Origin: Spirochaetia bacterium
GTDB taxonomy: Bacteria; Spirochaetota; Spirochaetia; SZUA-6; Bin103
DNA: 64,000 bases
NCBI GenBank assembly: GCA_965203055.1
Contig: OZ241863.1
Location: forward strand, 384,001 to 448,000
Reading direction: 5' to 3'
Positions within the stretch are counted from its first letter, which is position 1. The number at the start of each line of letters is the position of its first letter. Positions 26,294 through 35,969 of this stretch are shown piece after piece. The notes beneath the pieces were generated by a model that saw only the letters and a program-made list of their open reading frames with translations, was not told the origin of the DNA and did no database searches. The position numbers and the translations under genes are program-made.

Positions 26294-29055
26294 CCGGTGT
26301 TGCGCAGCCCGGCGGCAAGGCCGTTTACGGTCAGCAGGATGGCCCGTTCCACGCGCGGGTCGACCTGCGCCGCGCTGCGACGCTGCTCCAGCAGGGCGAT
26401 CTGCAGCAGGTGGAGCGGCTCCAGATACGCGGACCGCACCGCCAGCGTACGCTTCAGCACCGGGTAGTCAGCCAACAACGCGGGCTTGCCGGTCGCGGCC
26501 AGCACCTGCCGCACCGAGCGCTCGTGTTCCGCGGCGATCGACTCGAAGATCGGGCGGTGGGCCGGCTCAACCAGGGCGTCCACGTAGCGCCTGGCGGTGA
26601 CCAGATCGGTCTTCGCCAGGGTCATCTCGACGTTGGAGAGGAACATCCGAAAGAACGGCCAGCGCTCGTACATCTCGGTCAGGCTGGCCCCCGCCGCCTG
26701 CGCGGCCGCCAACCCGCTGCCCACGCCGTACCAGCCGGGCACCACCTGCCGGGTTTGGGTCCAGCCGAATACCCACGGAATGGCGCGCATGCCGTCGATG
26801 CCGGCGCCGGTGCCGGGCCGCCGCGCCGGTCGTGAGCCGATCTTGAGCGCCGCCAGCTCCTCCACCGGGGTGGAGGCCAGGAAGTAGGGCACCAGCGACG
26901 GGTGCTCCACCAGCCGCCGATAGGCGCCGTAGGCGGCCTCCGAGGCGATCTCCATGGCCGAGTTCCAGCGCTTCAGATCCGCCGCCGGGCGCGGCGCGCT
27001 GCGGTGCAGCACCGTCGCCTCGATCGCCGCCGCCAGCGTCAGCTCCAGGTTGTCCCGGGCCAGCCGCGGCAGCCCGTACTTGCCGGCTATCACCTCCCCC
27101 TGCTCGGTAATCTTGATGGTTCCGTTCACCGTACCCCACGGCTGCGCCAGAATCGCCTCCGCGGTCGGGCCGCCGCCGCGCCCGACGGTCCCGCCGCGGC
27201 CGTGAAAGAAGCGCAGTTGCACGCCGCGGCGCGCCGCCGCCTCGCGCAGGCGGCGCGCCGCGCGGTGCAGCTCCCACTGCGCGGTGGTGATGCCGCCCAG
27301 CTTGTTGGAGTCGGAGTAACCCAGCATCACCTCCTGCGGGCCGCCGCGCAGGCGCAGCAGCTCGCGGTAGCCGGGTTCCCGCAGCAGTTGGTCGAGGGTG
27401 GCGTCCGCCCGGCGGATCGAATCCGGGGTCTCGAACAGCGGCACGAAGCCGATCGCCGCGCGTCCGGCGGCCAGGTCCACCAAGCCGACTTCGCGCGCCA
27501 GCACCACTGCCGCCAGCACGTCGTCGGCGCCGGCGGTCTCCGAGATGACGTAGCTCTCGATGGCGCGGGAACCGAACCGCTCCAGGGCCGCCCGGATCAC
27601 CTGCATCGTTTCCAGCGGGGCGCCGGCCTCGTCCGGCAGCCGGGTGGCAGGGGTGGTGATCGGGCGCCGGCCGGCGAGCTCCGCGGCCAGCAACCGGTAC
27701 CGTTCCGGAGATGCGAGGCGCGCGTAGTCGGGTGCGCCGGGAAGGCCGCGGTACAGCGCGGCCAGCGCGGCGTGGTGCTTCTCGGCATGTTCGCGCACGT
27801 CCAGCGTTGCCAGGTGAAAGCCGAAGGCCGCGGCGCGGCGCAGCAGGCGGCGCACCGCCCCGGCGGCGATCACGGCGCCGTGGTGGGCGCGCAGCGAGCG
27901 CTGCAGCAGCTCCAGCTCGGCCACCAGTTCGGCGGCGGTCAGGTAGTCGCGGCGCGGTACGTGGCGCGCGTGCTCGGCGATGCGCCGGCGGGTGTTCTCC
28001 AGGCGCCGGCGGATGAACGCCAGCTTGAGCCGGTAGCTCTCGTCCGCGTTGCGGCGGCGCGCTTCCTGATCGACGGCCGGCAGCGCGGCGGCGTCGCGCC
28101 GCAGACTGGCGGCCAGCTCCGCCGACACGCCGTGGATGTGCTCCGAGCTGCTGAGCTCCGCGGACAACTGGTCGACCCCGCCCACCAACTCATGCAGCGC
28201 GCGGTCGTGCTGCAGTTCCAGCACGGCGGTGGTCACCGCCGCGGTCACCAGGGGGTTGCCGTCGCGGTCGCCGCCGGCCCAGCTCCCGAAGCTCAGGGGG
28301 CGGGCGTGGGCCGGCAGCTCGATGCCGGCGCGCGCGAGCTGTGCATCCAGCTCGTCGAACAGGTCGCCGCTCACGCCGCGCAGCAGCTCCTCCAGGTAGT
28401 AGATCGCGGCCCGCGCCTCGTCGGTGGGATGGGGCCGCTGCACGCGCAGCTCGTCGGTCTGCCAGATCAGGTCGATCGCTTCGGCGAGCCGCCGGCGGAT
28501 GCGTTCCCGGTCTACGGCGGCCAGCCGGGGATCGGCGCGTTCGTAGAGCAATTCGCCGATCCGCCGCAGCTTGGTGAGCACCGAACGGCGCGCCGCCTCG
28601 GTGGGGTGCGCGGTGAACACCGGGCGGACGTCGAGGCGGTCGGCCACTTCGCGCAGCGCGGCGCGTTGCGCCGCGTCGCCTGCGATGTGATCGAACAGCG
28701 CGCGCAGCCGGCCGCGGGCGATGCCGCTGCGCGGTCCATACTCGGCTACCCGATGGGCCTGCTCGGCGACGTTCGCCAGATGGAAGAAGGTGGAAAAGGC
28801 GCGTACTAGGTTGGTGGTGGCGGTGATGTCGAGTCGGGCCAGCAGGGCGTCCAGCTCGGCGCGGGAACGGTTGTCGGGGCGCGGGTCGCGGGCGCGCTTG
28901 CTCAGCGCGCGCACCCGTTCCACCAAGTCCAGAAGCTCGGCGCCGTGTTGCCGCACCAGGGTCTGCCCCAGCAGTTCGCCGAGCAGCCGGATGTCGGCGC
29001 GCAGCGCCGCGTCCGCGGCGGCGTTGCGCCGGCGGTCGTCATCGATCCCCCTCAT
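26290..29055 (-). CDS. ppc: Phosphoenolpyruvate carboxylase
   Basis: VFTAHPTE, GSWAGGDRDGNP, VMLGYSDSNK, FHGRGGTVGRGG, RAIPWVF, C-terminal LRNTG. Confidence 0.97.
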   Translation of the reverse strand: MRGIDDDRRRNAAADAALRADIRLLGELLGQTLVRQHGAELLDLVERVRALSKRARDPRPDNRSRAELDALLARLDITATTNLVRAFSTFFHLANVAEQAHRVAEYGPRSGIARGRLRALFDHIAGDAAQRAALREVADRLDVRPVFTAHPTEAARRSVLTKLRRIGELLYERADPRLAAVDRERIRRRLAEAIDLIWQTDELRVQRPHPTDEARAAIYYLEELLRGVSGDLFDELDAQLARAGIELPAHARPLSFGSWAGGDRDGNPLVTAAVTTAVLELQHDRALHELVGGVDQLSAELSSSEHIHGVSAELAASLRRDAAALPAVDQEARRRNADESYRLKLAFIRRRLENTRRRIAEHARHVPRRDYLTAAELVAELELLQRSLRAHHGAVIAAGAVRRLLRRAAAFGFHLATLDVREHAEKHHAALAALYRGLPGAPDYARLASPERYRLLAAELAGRRPITTPATRLPDEAGAPLETMQVIRAALERFGSRAIESYVISETAGADDVLAAVVLAREVGLVDLAAGRAAIGFVPLFETPDSIRRADATLDQLLREPGYRELLRLRGGPQEVMLGYSDSNKLGGITTAQWELHRAARRLREAAARRGVQLRFFHGRGGTVGRGGGPTAEAILAQPWGTVNGTIKITEQGEVIAGKYGLPRLARDNLELTLAAAIEATVLHRSAPRPAADLKRWNSAMEIASEAAYGAYRRLVEHPSLVPYFLASTPVEELAALKIGSRPARRPGTGAGIDGMRAIPWVFGWTQTRQVVPGWYGVGSGLAAAQAAGASLTEMYERWPFFRMFLSNVEMTLAKTDLVTARRYVDALVEPAHRPIFESIAAEHERSVRQVLAATGKPALLADYPVLKRTLAVRSAYLEPLHLLQIALLEQRRSAAQVDPRVERAILLTVNGLAAGLRNTG

Positions 29056-29091
29056 GGCGGAAACTATAGCGGCCGGATACGCTGCGGTCTC

Positions 29092-29520
29092 ATGGCGGAC
29101 GCCGCTCCTCCCGACTTCGTCTATTCGCTCAGCGTGCGCTTGCACCACACCGACGCCGCCGGCGTGATCTTCTGTTCACGGCTGCTGGAACTGGCGCACG
29201 AGGCGTATGAGGCGTGGCTGGAGCAGGTAGGGCTGCGCCTCGACCGGCTCTTGGAGCAGGGCCGGCTGCGGCTGCCGGTGGTGGCGCTGGAAGCTGAGTT
29301 CGCGCAGCCGATCCGGGTGGGCGACCGGCTGCAGGTGGAGCTTGTCGTGACGCGGCGCGGCGAGCACTCCTATCAGGTGGCGTACCGATTTCGCGATCCG
29401 GCGGGGAGGGTGAAGGCGCGCGCCGTTACCTGCCACGTGGCGCTCGACGGCGTCGGCGGAAAACCTGCCGCGCTGCCGGCCGCGCTGCGCCGGGTCGTGG
29501 ACGGCGCCGGCAGCGCATGA
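29092..29520 (+). CDS. Hotdog-fold thioesterase, likely 1,4-dihydroxy-2-naphthoyl-CoA hydrolase
   Basis: VRLHHTDAAGVIF, AHEAYE; adjacent to menE and menA. Confidence 0.75.
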   Translation: MADAAPPDFVYSLSVRLHHTDAAGVIFCSRLLELAHEAYEAWLEQVGLRLDRLLEQGRLRLPVVALEAEFAQPIRVGDRLQVELVVTRRGEHSYQVAYRFRDPAGRVKARAVTCHVALDGVGGKPAALPAALRRVVDGAGSA

Positions 29521-29529
29521 GATTCGGAC

Positions 29530-31023
29530 TCAACCGCGGCCGGTAATCAGCCGTACCGCGCGGGCGGTGAGCGCGCGGCGCGAGTGCTTGATGGCGCCGC
29601 CGGCCGCCTCCGGCTCCCCCGCCGGCAGGGCGAAGTAGCGCGCGGGATGTTTGAAGCGCGCCAACCGGGCGTCGAGGTGGCGCGCCAGATCGGCCGGCGG
29701 CAGCGGTCCGCAGCGCACGCTGAGAAACGCGGCCGGGCGGCTGCCGAACTCGGCGTCCGGCACGGCGACGCACACCGCCGCCAGCACCGCCGGGTGTTCG
29801 AGCAGCGCCTGCTCCACTTCCTGCGGCTGAATGTTCTCGCCGCCGGAGATGAAGCGCGCGTCGCGGCGCCCGGTCACGAACAGGCGCCGGTCGTCGAGCC
29901 GGCCGAGGTCGCCGCTGCGGTACCAGCCGCCGGCGCCGGCCGCCGGTGTCAGGCGGCCCTGCTCCAGGTAGCCCAGGCACAGGGTGCGGCCGCCGAGAAG
30001 GATTTCGCCGTCGTCGGCGATTGCGGCCCGCCGGTGCGGCAGTACCCGGCCGGCCCCCGCAAAGGTCTCGTCAGGGTCGCCGGGGCGGGTGGTGGCGACC
30101 TGGGAGGCCAGTTCGGTGCAGCCGTAGGAGGCGCACACCGGCAGCCCCCCGGCGCGCGCCTGCCGCAGCAACGGCGCGGACAGCGCGCTGCCGCCGATCA
30201 GCGCGGCGCGCAGGCGGCGGGTCAGATCGGGCCAGGCGGGTATCTGCAGCAGGCGCCGGAGCTGGGTTTCCACCAGTGAGACGTGGGTAGCGGCCGGGAG
30301 CAGGCGCGCGCCCGGGTCGTCTGCGCTCGAAAAGGCGCCGCTCTCGGCGAACAGCGCGCAGGCGCCGGCGCTGAGCGTGCGGAACAGGATGCTGAGTCCG
30401 GCCACGTGGTGCCGCGGCAGCGCTACCAGCCAGGCGTCGGCGCGGCGCAGCGGTATGTTGGCGGCCGAACCGGCGGCGCTGTAGAGGTGGTTGGCGGCGC
30501 TGTGCACCACCGCCTTGGCGGCGGCGGACGAACCGGAGGTGAACACCACGGTGGCCGGGCGGCGGATGGCGATACGCGCCGGGCCGGCCGGCGGCGGCTC
30601 CGATTCCGGCGGCCGCTGCCGCCACTCGAACGCTCCCGTGCGCGCGAGCAGACGGTCCCGTTCCCGCGGCGCGGCGCGCGCCGGCAGCAGCACCGCCGCG
30701 GCGCCGGCGGCGAGGATGGCGAGCAGGGTGACCGCCCACGCCGGCGGGTCCAGCTCGGCGGCCAACGCGACGCGCCTGCCCGGCGTCACCCCGGCGGCGC
30801 GCAACGCGGCCGCGCTGCGCGCCGCGCCGCCGGCCAACGTCCGATAGCTCAGCGGGCGGCCGCGCCACTGCAGCGCAGGGGCTGAACCGTAGCGCTCGCC
30901 CAGGGCGGCAAGGTCGAGCACGCCGTCCGGCGCCAGCGCGCGCACGCTATCGCCGGCCGCGCCGGCCGCCTCCGGTGCGGCCGCCTCCTCCGCCGCCGGG
31001 CGGCGCGCCGCGGCGGCGTTCAC
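29530..31023 (-). CDS. menE: o-succinylbenzoate--CoA ligase
   Basis: FTSGSSAAAK, SYGCTELASQ, SGDLG, ISGGENIQP; GTGA overlap with menA. Confidence 0.85.
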   Translation of the reverse strand: MNAAAARRPAAEEAAAPEAAGAAGDSVRALAPDGVLDLAALGERYGSAPALQWRGRPLSYRTLAGGAARSAAALRAAGVTPGRRVALAAELDPPAWAVTLLAILAAGAAAVLLPARAAPRERDRLLARTGAFEWRQRPPESEPPPAGPARIAIRRPATVVFTSGSSAAAKAVVHSAANHLYSAAGSAANIPLRRADAWLVALPRHHVAGLSILFRTLSAGACALFAESGAFSSADDPGARLLPAATHVSLVETQLRRLLQIPAWPDLTRRLRAALIGGSALSAPLLRQARAGGLPVCASYGCTELASQVATTRPGDPDETFAGAGRVLPHRRAAIADDGEILLGGRTLCLGYLEQGRLTPAAGAGGWYRSGDLGRLDDRRLFVTGRRDARFISGGENIQPQEVEQALLEHPAVLAAVCVAVPDAEFGSRPAAFLSVRCGPLPPADLARHLDARLARFKHPARYFALPAGEPEAAGGAIKHSRRALTARAVRLITGRG

Positions 31024-31952
31024 GGAGCGGAACGCGCGCCCGCCAGCAGAGCGGCGGCGGCCGCGCCGGCCAGCAGCAGGAGCGCCTGCAGCAGGAGTAC
31101 CTGGGCGGTCCGCGCCAGCAACTCGTTGAGCGCCGGGCCGGCCGGCGTGGCCCGCAACCGGGCGTTGAGGCGCAGGGCGGGAACGAACGCCAGGAACGGC
31201 AGCGCCGCCGGCCAGCGCGGGCCGCCGGAGTCCGCCGCCAGCAGCAGCGCCGGCGGCAGCAGCACCCCGGCCAGCAGCGCGGCGAGATACTCGGCGCGCG
31301 CGAAGCCGTCGCCGAAGCGGACCGCCAGGGTGCGCTTGCCGGCCAGCGCGTCGGTGGCGCGGTCGCGCAGGTTGTTCACCACCAGGATCGCGGTGGCCAG
31401 CAGTCCCGGCCCCAACCCCGTTGCCAGCACCAGCGGAGGCAGCGTCAACGCCTGCAGATAGTAGGTGGCGCCCACCGCCACCGGTCCGAAGAACACCAGC
31501 ACCAGCAGCTCGCCGAAGCCGAGGTAGCCCAGTGGCCGCGGCCCGCCGGTATAGCTGACGGCAGCCGTCACGCAGGCCGCCAGCACCACCGCCAGCGGCC
31601 ACCCGCCGCGCGCCACGCCCAGCACCCCCAGCGCGCCGGCGCCGGCGAACGTCGCGGCCGCGCCGGCGAGCACCCGGCGGGGCGGAATCAGGCCCGCCTG
31701 CGTAACGCGCGTCGGGCCGACTCGATCGGCGCCGTCGGCGCCGCGGCGGGCGTCCGCCCAGTCGTTGTGCAGGTTGCATCCCACCTGCATCAGCAGCGCG
31801 CCGCCCAACGCCGCCGCCGCCCACAGCGGCGCGAAGGCGCCGTGCCACAGCGCCAGCGCGCTGCCGGCCAGGACCGGCCCGACCGCCGCCCACAGGGTGC
31901 GCGGCCGAATCGCCAGCCACCAGCGGCCCAGCGCCCCGGGTGCGTCGCTCAT
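31020..31952 (-). CDS. menA: 1,4-dihydroxy-2-naphthoate polyprenyltransferase
   Basis: RPRTL, NDWAD...GAD...R.GP.R, YTGGP, VNNLRD..TD..AGKRTL. Confidence 0.93.
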   Translation of the reverse strand: MSDAPGALGRWWLAIRPRTLWAAVGPVLAGSALALWHGAFAPLWAAAALGGALLMQVGCNLHNDWADARRGADGADRVGPTRVTQAGLIPPRRVLAGAAATFAGAGALGVLGVARGGWPLAVVLAACVTAAVSYTGGPRPLGYLGFGELLVLVFFGPVAVGATYYLQALTLPPLVLATGLGPGLLATAILVVNNLRDRATDALAGKRTLAVRFGDGFARAEYLAALLAGVLLPPALLLAADSGGPRWPAALPFLAFVPALRLNARLRATPAGPALNELLARTAQVLLLQALLLLAGAAAAALLAGARSAP

Positions 31953-32016
31953 GGTTCGCGTGGTTGGCGCGGTGCCTGCCGGCGGGCTCGATCAGTCATC
32001 ATCCGTTTCGCGCCGG

Positions 32017-33528
32017 CTAGAGGCGATAGAGCTCGCCGAACTTGCCTTCCAGGTAGTCCAGGAAGTAGCGCGCGTCGAGCGGCTCGCCGGTTACGCGGCG
32101 GCAGATCTCGGCGGCGGAATAGACCCGGCCATGGCGATGGATCCGTTCTCGCAGCCAACTCAGGATCGGTGCGAACTCGCCGCCGCGCACCTGCTCCTCC
32201 CAGTCGGGAATCTCCCGCGCCATGGCGGCGTGGAACTGGGCGGCGTACAGATTGCCGAGGGTGTAGGTGGGGAAGTAGCCGATCAGGAACATCGACCAAT
32301 GGATGTCCTGCAGCACGCCGTCGGCGTCCCGTTGCGGCGCGATTCCCAGCAGGGCGCGCGACTCCTCGCGCCAGGCGGCCGGCAGATCGGCCACCTCCAG
32401 GTCGCCGTCGACCAGCCGCCGCTCCAGCGCGAAGCGCAGCAGTACGTGGAGGTTGTAGGTCACCTCGTCCGCCTCCACCCGGATCAGGGAGGGCCGGACC
32501 GCGTTGACGGCGCGGTAGAAGCGCTCCCGGTCCACGCCGGCCAGCGCCGGAAAGCGTGGTTGCAGTTGCGGGTAGAAGTGCTCCCAGAAGGCGCGCCGGC
32601 GGGCGATCAGGTTCTCCCAGAAGCGCGATTGCGATTCGCAAATGCCGAGCGAGGCGCCGTCGCCCAGCTCGGTCGTGGCCAGCTCCGGCGCCACCCCGAG
32701 ACCGTGCAGGCCGTGGCCGCATTCGTGGATGGTGCCGAAGATGCCGGCGCTCAGAAGATTGGGGTAGAAGCGGGTGGTGAGGCGTCCGTCGCGCGCGCCG
32801 AGGGTGGTGGAGAAGGGGTGCGCGGACACGTCCAGGCGCCCGGTCTGCGTGGTGAAGCCCAGGGCCTCCAGCAGATGATCGCTGAAGGCGCGCTGCGCGG
32901 CAACGTCGTACTCGCGGCGCAGCATGCTGTCGTCGAGCTCCACCGGCGAGGCCGTGATGCGCTGCAACAGGTCCACCAGCGGCGGGCGCAGGTCGGCCAG
33001 CACGCCGCCCAGCTCCGCGGTCGTCATCCATGGCTCGAACGTATCCAGCAACGGATCGTAGCGGGTCTCCCGGTAGCCGAGACAGTCCGCCTTTTCGCGG
33101 GTGAGCCGCACCGTGCGTTCCAGGTCGGCGCGGAACAGCGCGAAGTCGGATTCGCGCCGCGCCTGCACCCAACTGGCGTGATTGACGCTGCTCTGCCGGG
33201 CAATCGCCGTGACCAGCTCCACCGGCAGCCTGGTCTCGCGGTCGTAGGAGCGGCGCAGCTCGCGCGCCAACGCCCGGTCGCGCGGCTCCAGGTCGGGGCG
33301 CGCTTCGGCGGCGGCGATCAGATCGCCCATTTCCGGCGTCGTGCGGCGCTGGTGGACCTCTCCCTCCAGCAACGCGAGCTGTTCGGCGCGCTCCTCCACG
33401 GCGCCCGGCGGCAGACAGGTCTCCTGATCCCACTGCAACAGGGCGGTGACGTGCTCCAGGAGGTGGATTTCGCGGTCGAGCCGCTTCAGACGGGCAAGAG
33501 GGTCAGGCCGGGGCCGGCGGTCATCCAT
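32017..33528 (-). CDS. M32 carboxypeptidase (Taq-type)
   Basis: WDQET, HPF, HECGH, ESQSRFWEN, IRVEADE, LQDIHW, GYFPTY. Confidence 0.93.
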   Translation of the reverse strand: MDDRRPRPDPLARLKRLDREIHLLEHVTALLQWDQETCLPPGAVEERAEQLALLEGEVHQRRTTPEMGDLIAAAEARPDLEPRDRALARELRRSYDRETRLPVELVTAIARQSSVNHASWVQARRESDFALFRADLERTVRLTREKADCLGYRETRYDPLLDTFEPWMTTAELGGVLADLRPPLVDLLQRITASPVELDDSMLRREYDVAAQRAFSDHLLEALGFTTQTGRLDVSAHPFSTTLGARDGRLTTRFYPNLLSAGIFGTIHECGHGLHGLGVAPELATTELGDGASLGICESQSRFWENLIARRRAFWEHFYPQLQPRFPALAGVDRERFYRAVNAVRPSLIRVEADEVTYNLHVLLRFALERRLVDGDLEVADLPAAWREESRALLGIAPQRDADGVLQDIHWSMFLIGYFPTYTLGNLYAAQFHAAMAREIPDWEEQVRGGEFAPILSWLRERIHRHGRVYSAAEICRRVTGEPLDARYFLDYLEGKFGELYRL

Positions 33529-33566
33529 GGCCCCCATCATAGCGAATTCTGTTATGGTCTTTGGCC

Positions 33567-34724
33567 ATGGTGGAGCCGACTGCCTATCCACCGCTGGCCG
33601 AGGTGCGCGGACAGTTGCGTGTCGCGTGGTATCGGTCGCCGGTCGCGCCGGCTACGCTGCGGCGGCTCATGCGGCGCAGCGACCTGCAGGGCTGGCTGCA
33701 GGCCGGCGGCCACTTGGCGCTGGCGGTGGCCACCGCGGCGCTGGCGTGGTGGTTCTGGTCGCGCCAACTGTGGTTCGGGTTCGCGGCGGCGCTGTTCGCG
33801 CACGGGACGGTCGCCAGCTTCTTTACCGGCACGGCGCCGCACGAGCTGGCGCACGGCACCGTGTTCCGCACCCGGTGGCTCAACCGCGTCTTCCTGTACC
33901 TGTACAGCTTGCTGAGCTGGTGGGACCCGTTCGATTACGGCGCCAGCCATACCTATCACCACCGCTATACCCTGCACCCCGCGGGCGACCGCGAGAATCT
34001 GCTGCCGCTGCGGCCCACGGTCGGCCCCACCTTCCTCCTGCAGATGTTCACGGTCAACCTGCTGACCCGGCCGGGGCGCACCTTCGGCAAGGGCGGGCTG
34101 ATCTCCACGGCGGCCATCACGATCCTGGCGGCGCTCGGCCTGGTGGGCTCGACCAGGACGCCGATCCGGCAGTGGATTGCGGCCCTGCACGCCGACCAGC
34201 CGGCCGAGGCGCGCAAGTCGACGTGGTGGGCGCGGACGCAACTGGTGTTTCACGGCGGCGTGCTGGCCGCCGGACTGGTCTCGGGGCTGTGGGTGCTGCC
34301 GCTGATCGTCTCCGCGGCGCCGTTCATCGGCAACTGGCTTTCCTACTTCGTCGGCCTCCCGCAGCACTGCGGCCTGCGGGATAACGTCGCCGATTTCCGC
34401 AAGTGCACCCGTTCGATGAAGCTGGACCCGGTCACCACCTTTCTGTATTGGCGCATGAACTGGCATACCGAACATCACATGTACGCCGGGGTGCCGTGCT
34501 ACCACCTCAAGGAGCTGGCGCGGGAGATCAGCGCCGACCTCCCCGCGCCGCGCACGCTGGCCGGCGCCTGGCGCGAGATGCTCCGCATCTGGAACCGCCA
34601 GCTCCTCGAACCCGGCTACCAGTACGACACGCCGCTGCCGCCGGCCGCCGGCCGAGTGGCGCGCGGCGGGCACGGCAGGCTGGAAAGCTCGATCGGCGAG
34701 TTGGCCCCGGCCGGACTGCGCTAG
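33567..34724 (+). CDS. Membrane fatty-acid desaturase/hydroxylase family protein
   Basis: Three His boxes HELAH, HTYHH, HTEHH, with TM segments. Confidence 0.88.
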   Translation: MVEPTAYPPLAEVRGQLRVAWYRSPVAPATLRRLMRRSDLQGWLQAGGHLALAVATAALAWWFWSRQLWFGFAAALFAHGTVASFFTGTAPHELAHGTVFRTRWLNRVFLYLYSLLSWWDPFDYGASHTYHHRYTLHPAGDRENLLPLRPTVGPTFLLQMFTVNLLTRPGRTFGKGGLISTAAITILAALGLVGSTRTPIRQWIAALHADQPAEARKSTWWARTQLVFHGGVLAAGLVSGLWVLPLIVSAAPFIGNWLSYFVGLPQHCGLRDNVADFRKCTRSMKLDPVTTFLYWRMNWHTEHHMYAGVPCYHLKELAREISADLPAPRTLAGAWREMLRIWNRQLLEPGYQYDTPLPPAAGRVARGGHGRLESSIGELAPAGLR

Positions 34725-34747
34725 GCCAGGGCGGCTTCGTCCGAAGA

Positions 34748-34773
34748 CCTAGCCTAGCCGTAGCTTAGCTTAG
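34748..34773. repeat. Degenerate CYTAG pentamer tandem in a convergent intergenic gap
   Basis: cctag cctag ccgtag cttag cttag read directly. Confidence 0.75.
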
Positions 34774-35969
34774 CGCCGGTGCCCGGCGAGGGTGGCGGCG
34801 AGCTGGCGCAGGCTGGCGGCGCTGTGGGCGGCGGCGAACACGTCGACGAACGGGAGCGCGGCCTGCATGCCGCGGGTCTGCGGCTGATAGCCGGGGTTGC
34901 CGAGCAGCGGGTTGAGCCAGATCACCAGCGCCGCGCGGCGCTGGATCTCCGCCATGCCGGCGCCGAGCAGCTCGACGTCGCCGGTGTCCCAGCCGTCGCT
35001 GAGGATCGCCACCACCGTGCGCCGGTCCAGGACGGTGCGCCCATACTGCTCCAGATACTGCTGCAGCGAGACGCCGATGCGGGTGCCGCCGGCCCACTCC
35101 GGCACCTCGGCGGCGAGCCGGTCGAGGGCCAGCGTCAGGTTGCGCCCGCGCAGCTGCTCGGTGACGCGGTGCAGGTTGGTACTGAACACGAAGGTCTCGA
35201 GGCGCCGGTAGGCGCGCTGAAAGGCGAACATGAACTGGATCAGGAAGCGGCTGTAGAGGTCCATCGACTTGCTGACGTCGCAGATCAGGGCCAGCTTGAG
35301 GCGGCGCCGGCGGCGCCTCAGCAGGGCCAGCTCCAGCAGCTCCCCGGAGCGCAGCCCGGCGCGCAGCGTGCGCCGCAGATCGAGGCGCGAGCCGCCGGCG
35401 GCCGGCGCGTAGCGGCGCGACAGGGAGCGCGCGAGCTGCCGTCCGATCAGCATCAGCAGTTCCGAGATCCGTTCCAGCTCGCCGGTACTGAGCTGCGCGA
35501 AGTCGGTATGCGCCGCTACCTGCTGCGGGCTGTACGCCGGCGCGGAGATTTCGCGGTCGGAGTCGGACGCGAGGTGGGCCGCGAACTGCGGGCTTTGGCG
35601 GGCGCGCTGCGGCAGCCGGGCGGGCGGCAACACCCGCTCGGCGGGACCCGGCTCGCCGCCGGCGAGCGCGGCCTGATCTTCCCAGTAGCTGGCGTAGCAG
35701 GCGTCGAACAGCTCCTGCTCGGCGCGCGTCTTGGCGGTGGCGGCGCGCAGCGCGAGGCGGAATCGCTGCGCGTCATGCAACGCCAGCGCCGCGGCGCGCA
35801 ACGCGTCGGCCTGCTCGCCGGGGCCGAGGCCGACCCCCGCGCCGCGCAGCAGCCGGCAAAAGCGAACGATGCGCGCCGACAGGGTGGGGCGGGCGCGCGC
35901 CGCACTGCCCGGAGCGGTGCTGCCCGGAGCGGCGCCGCCCGGAGCGATGCTGCCGGGAGCGGCGTTCAC
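34770..35969 (-). CDS. CoxE-like VWA domain protein
   Basis: LDLRRTLR, CDVSKSM (MIDAS), GGTRIG, SDGWD, IWLNPL; N-terminal APGxx repeats. Confidence 0.88.
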   Translation of the reverse strand: MNAAPGSIAPGGAAPGSTAPGSAARARPTLSARIVRFCRLLRGAGVGLGPGEQADALRAAALALHDAQRFRLALRAATAKTRAEQELFDACYASYWEDQAALAGGEPGPAERVLPPARLPQRARQSPQFAAHLASDSDREISAPAYSPQQVAAHTDFAQLSTGELERISELLMLIGRQLARSLSRRYAPAAGGSRLDLRRTLRAGLRSGELLELALLRRRRRRLKLALICDVSKSMDLYSRFLIQFMFAFQRAYRRLETFVFSTNLHRVTEQLRGRNLTLALDRLAAEVPEWAGGTRIGVSLQQYLEQYGRTVLDRRTVVAILSDGWDTGDVELLGAGMAEIQRRAALVIWLNPLLGNPGYQPQTRGMQAALPFVDVFAAAHSAASLRQLAATLAGHRR

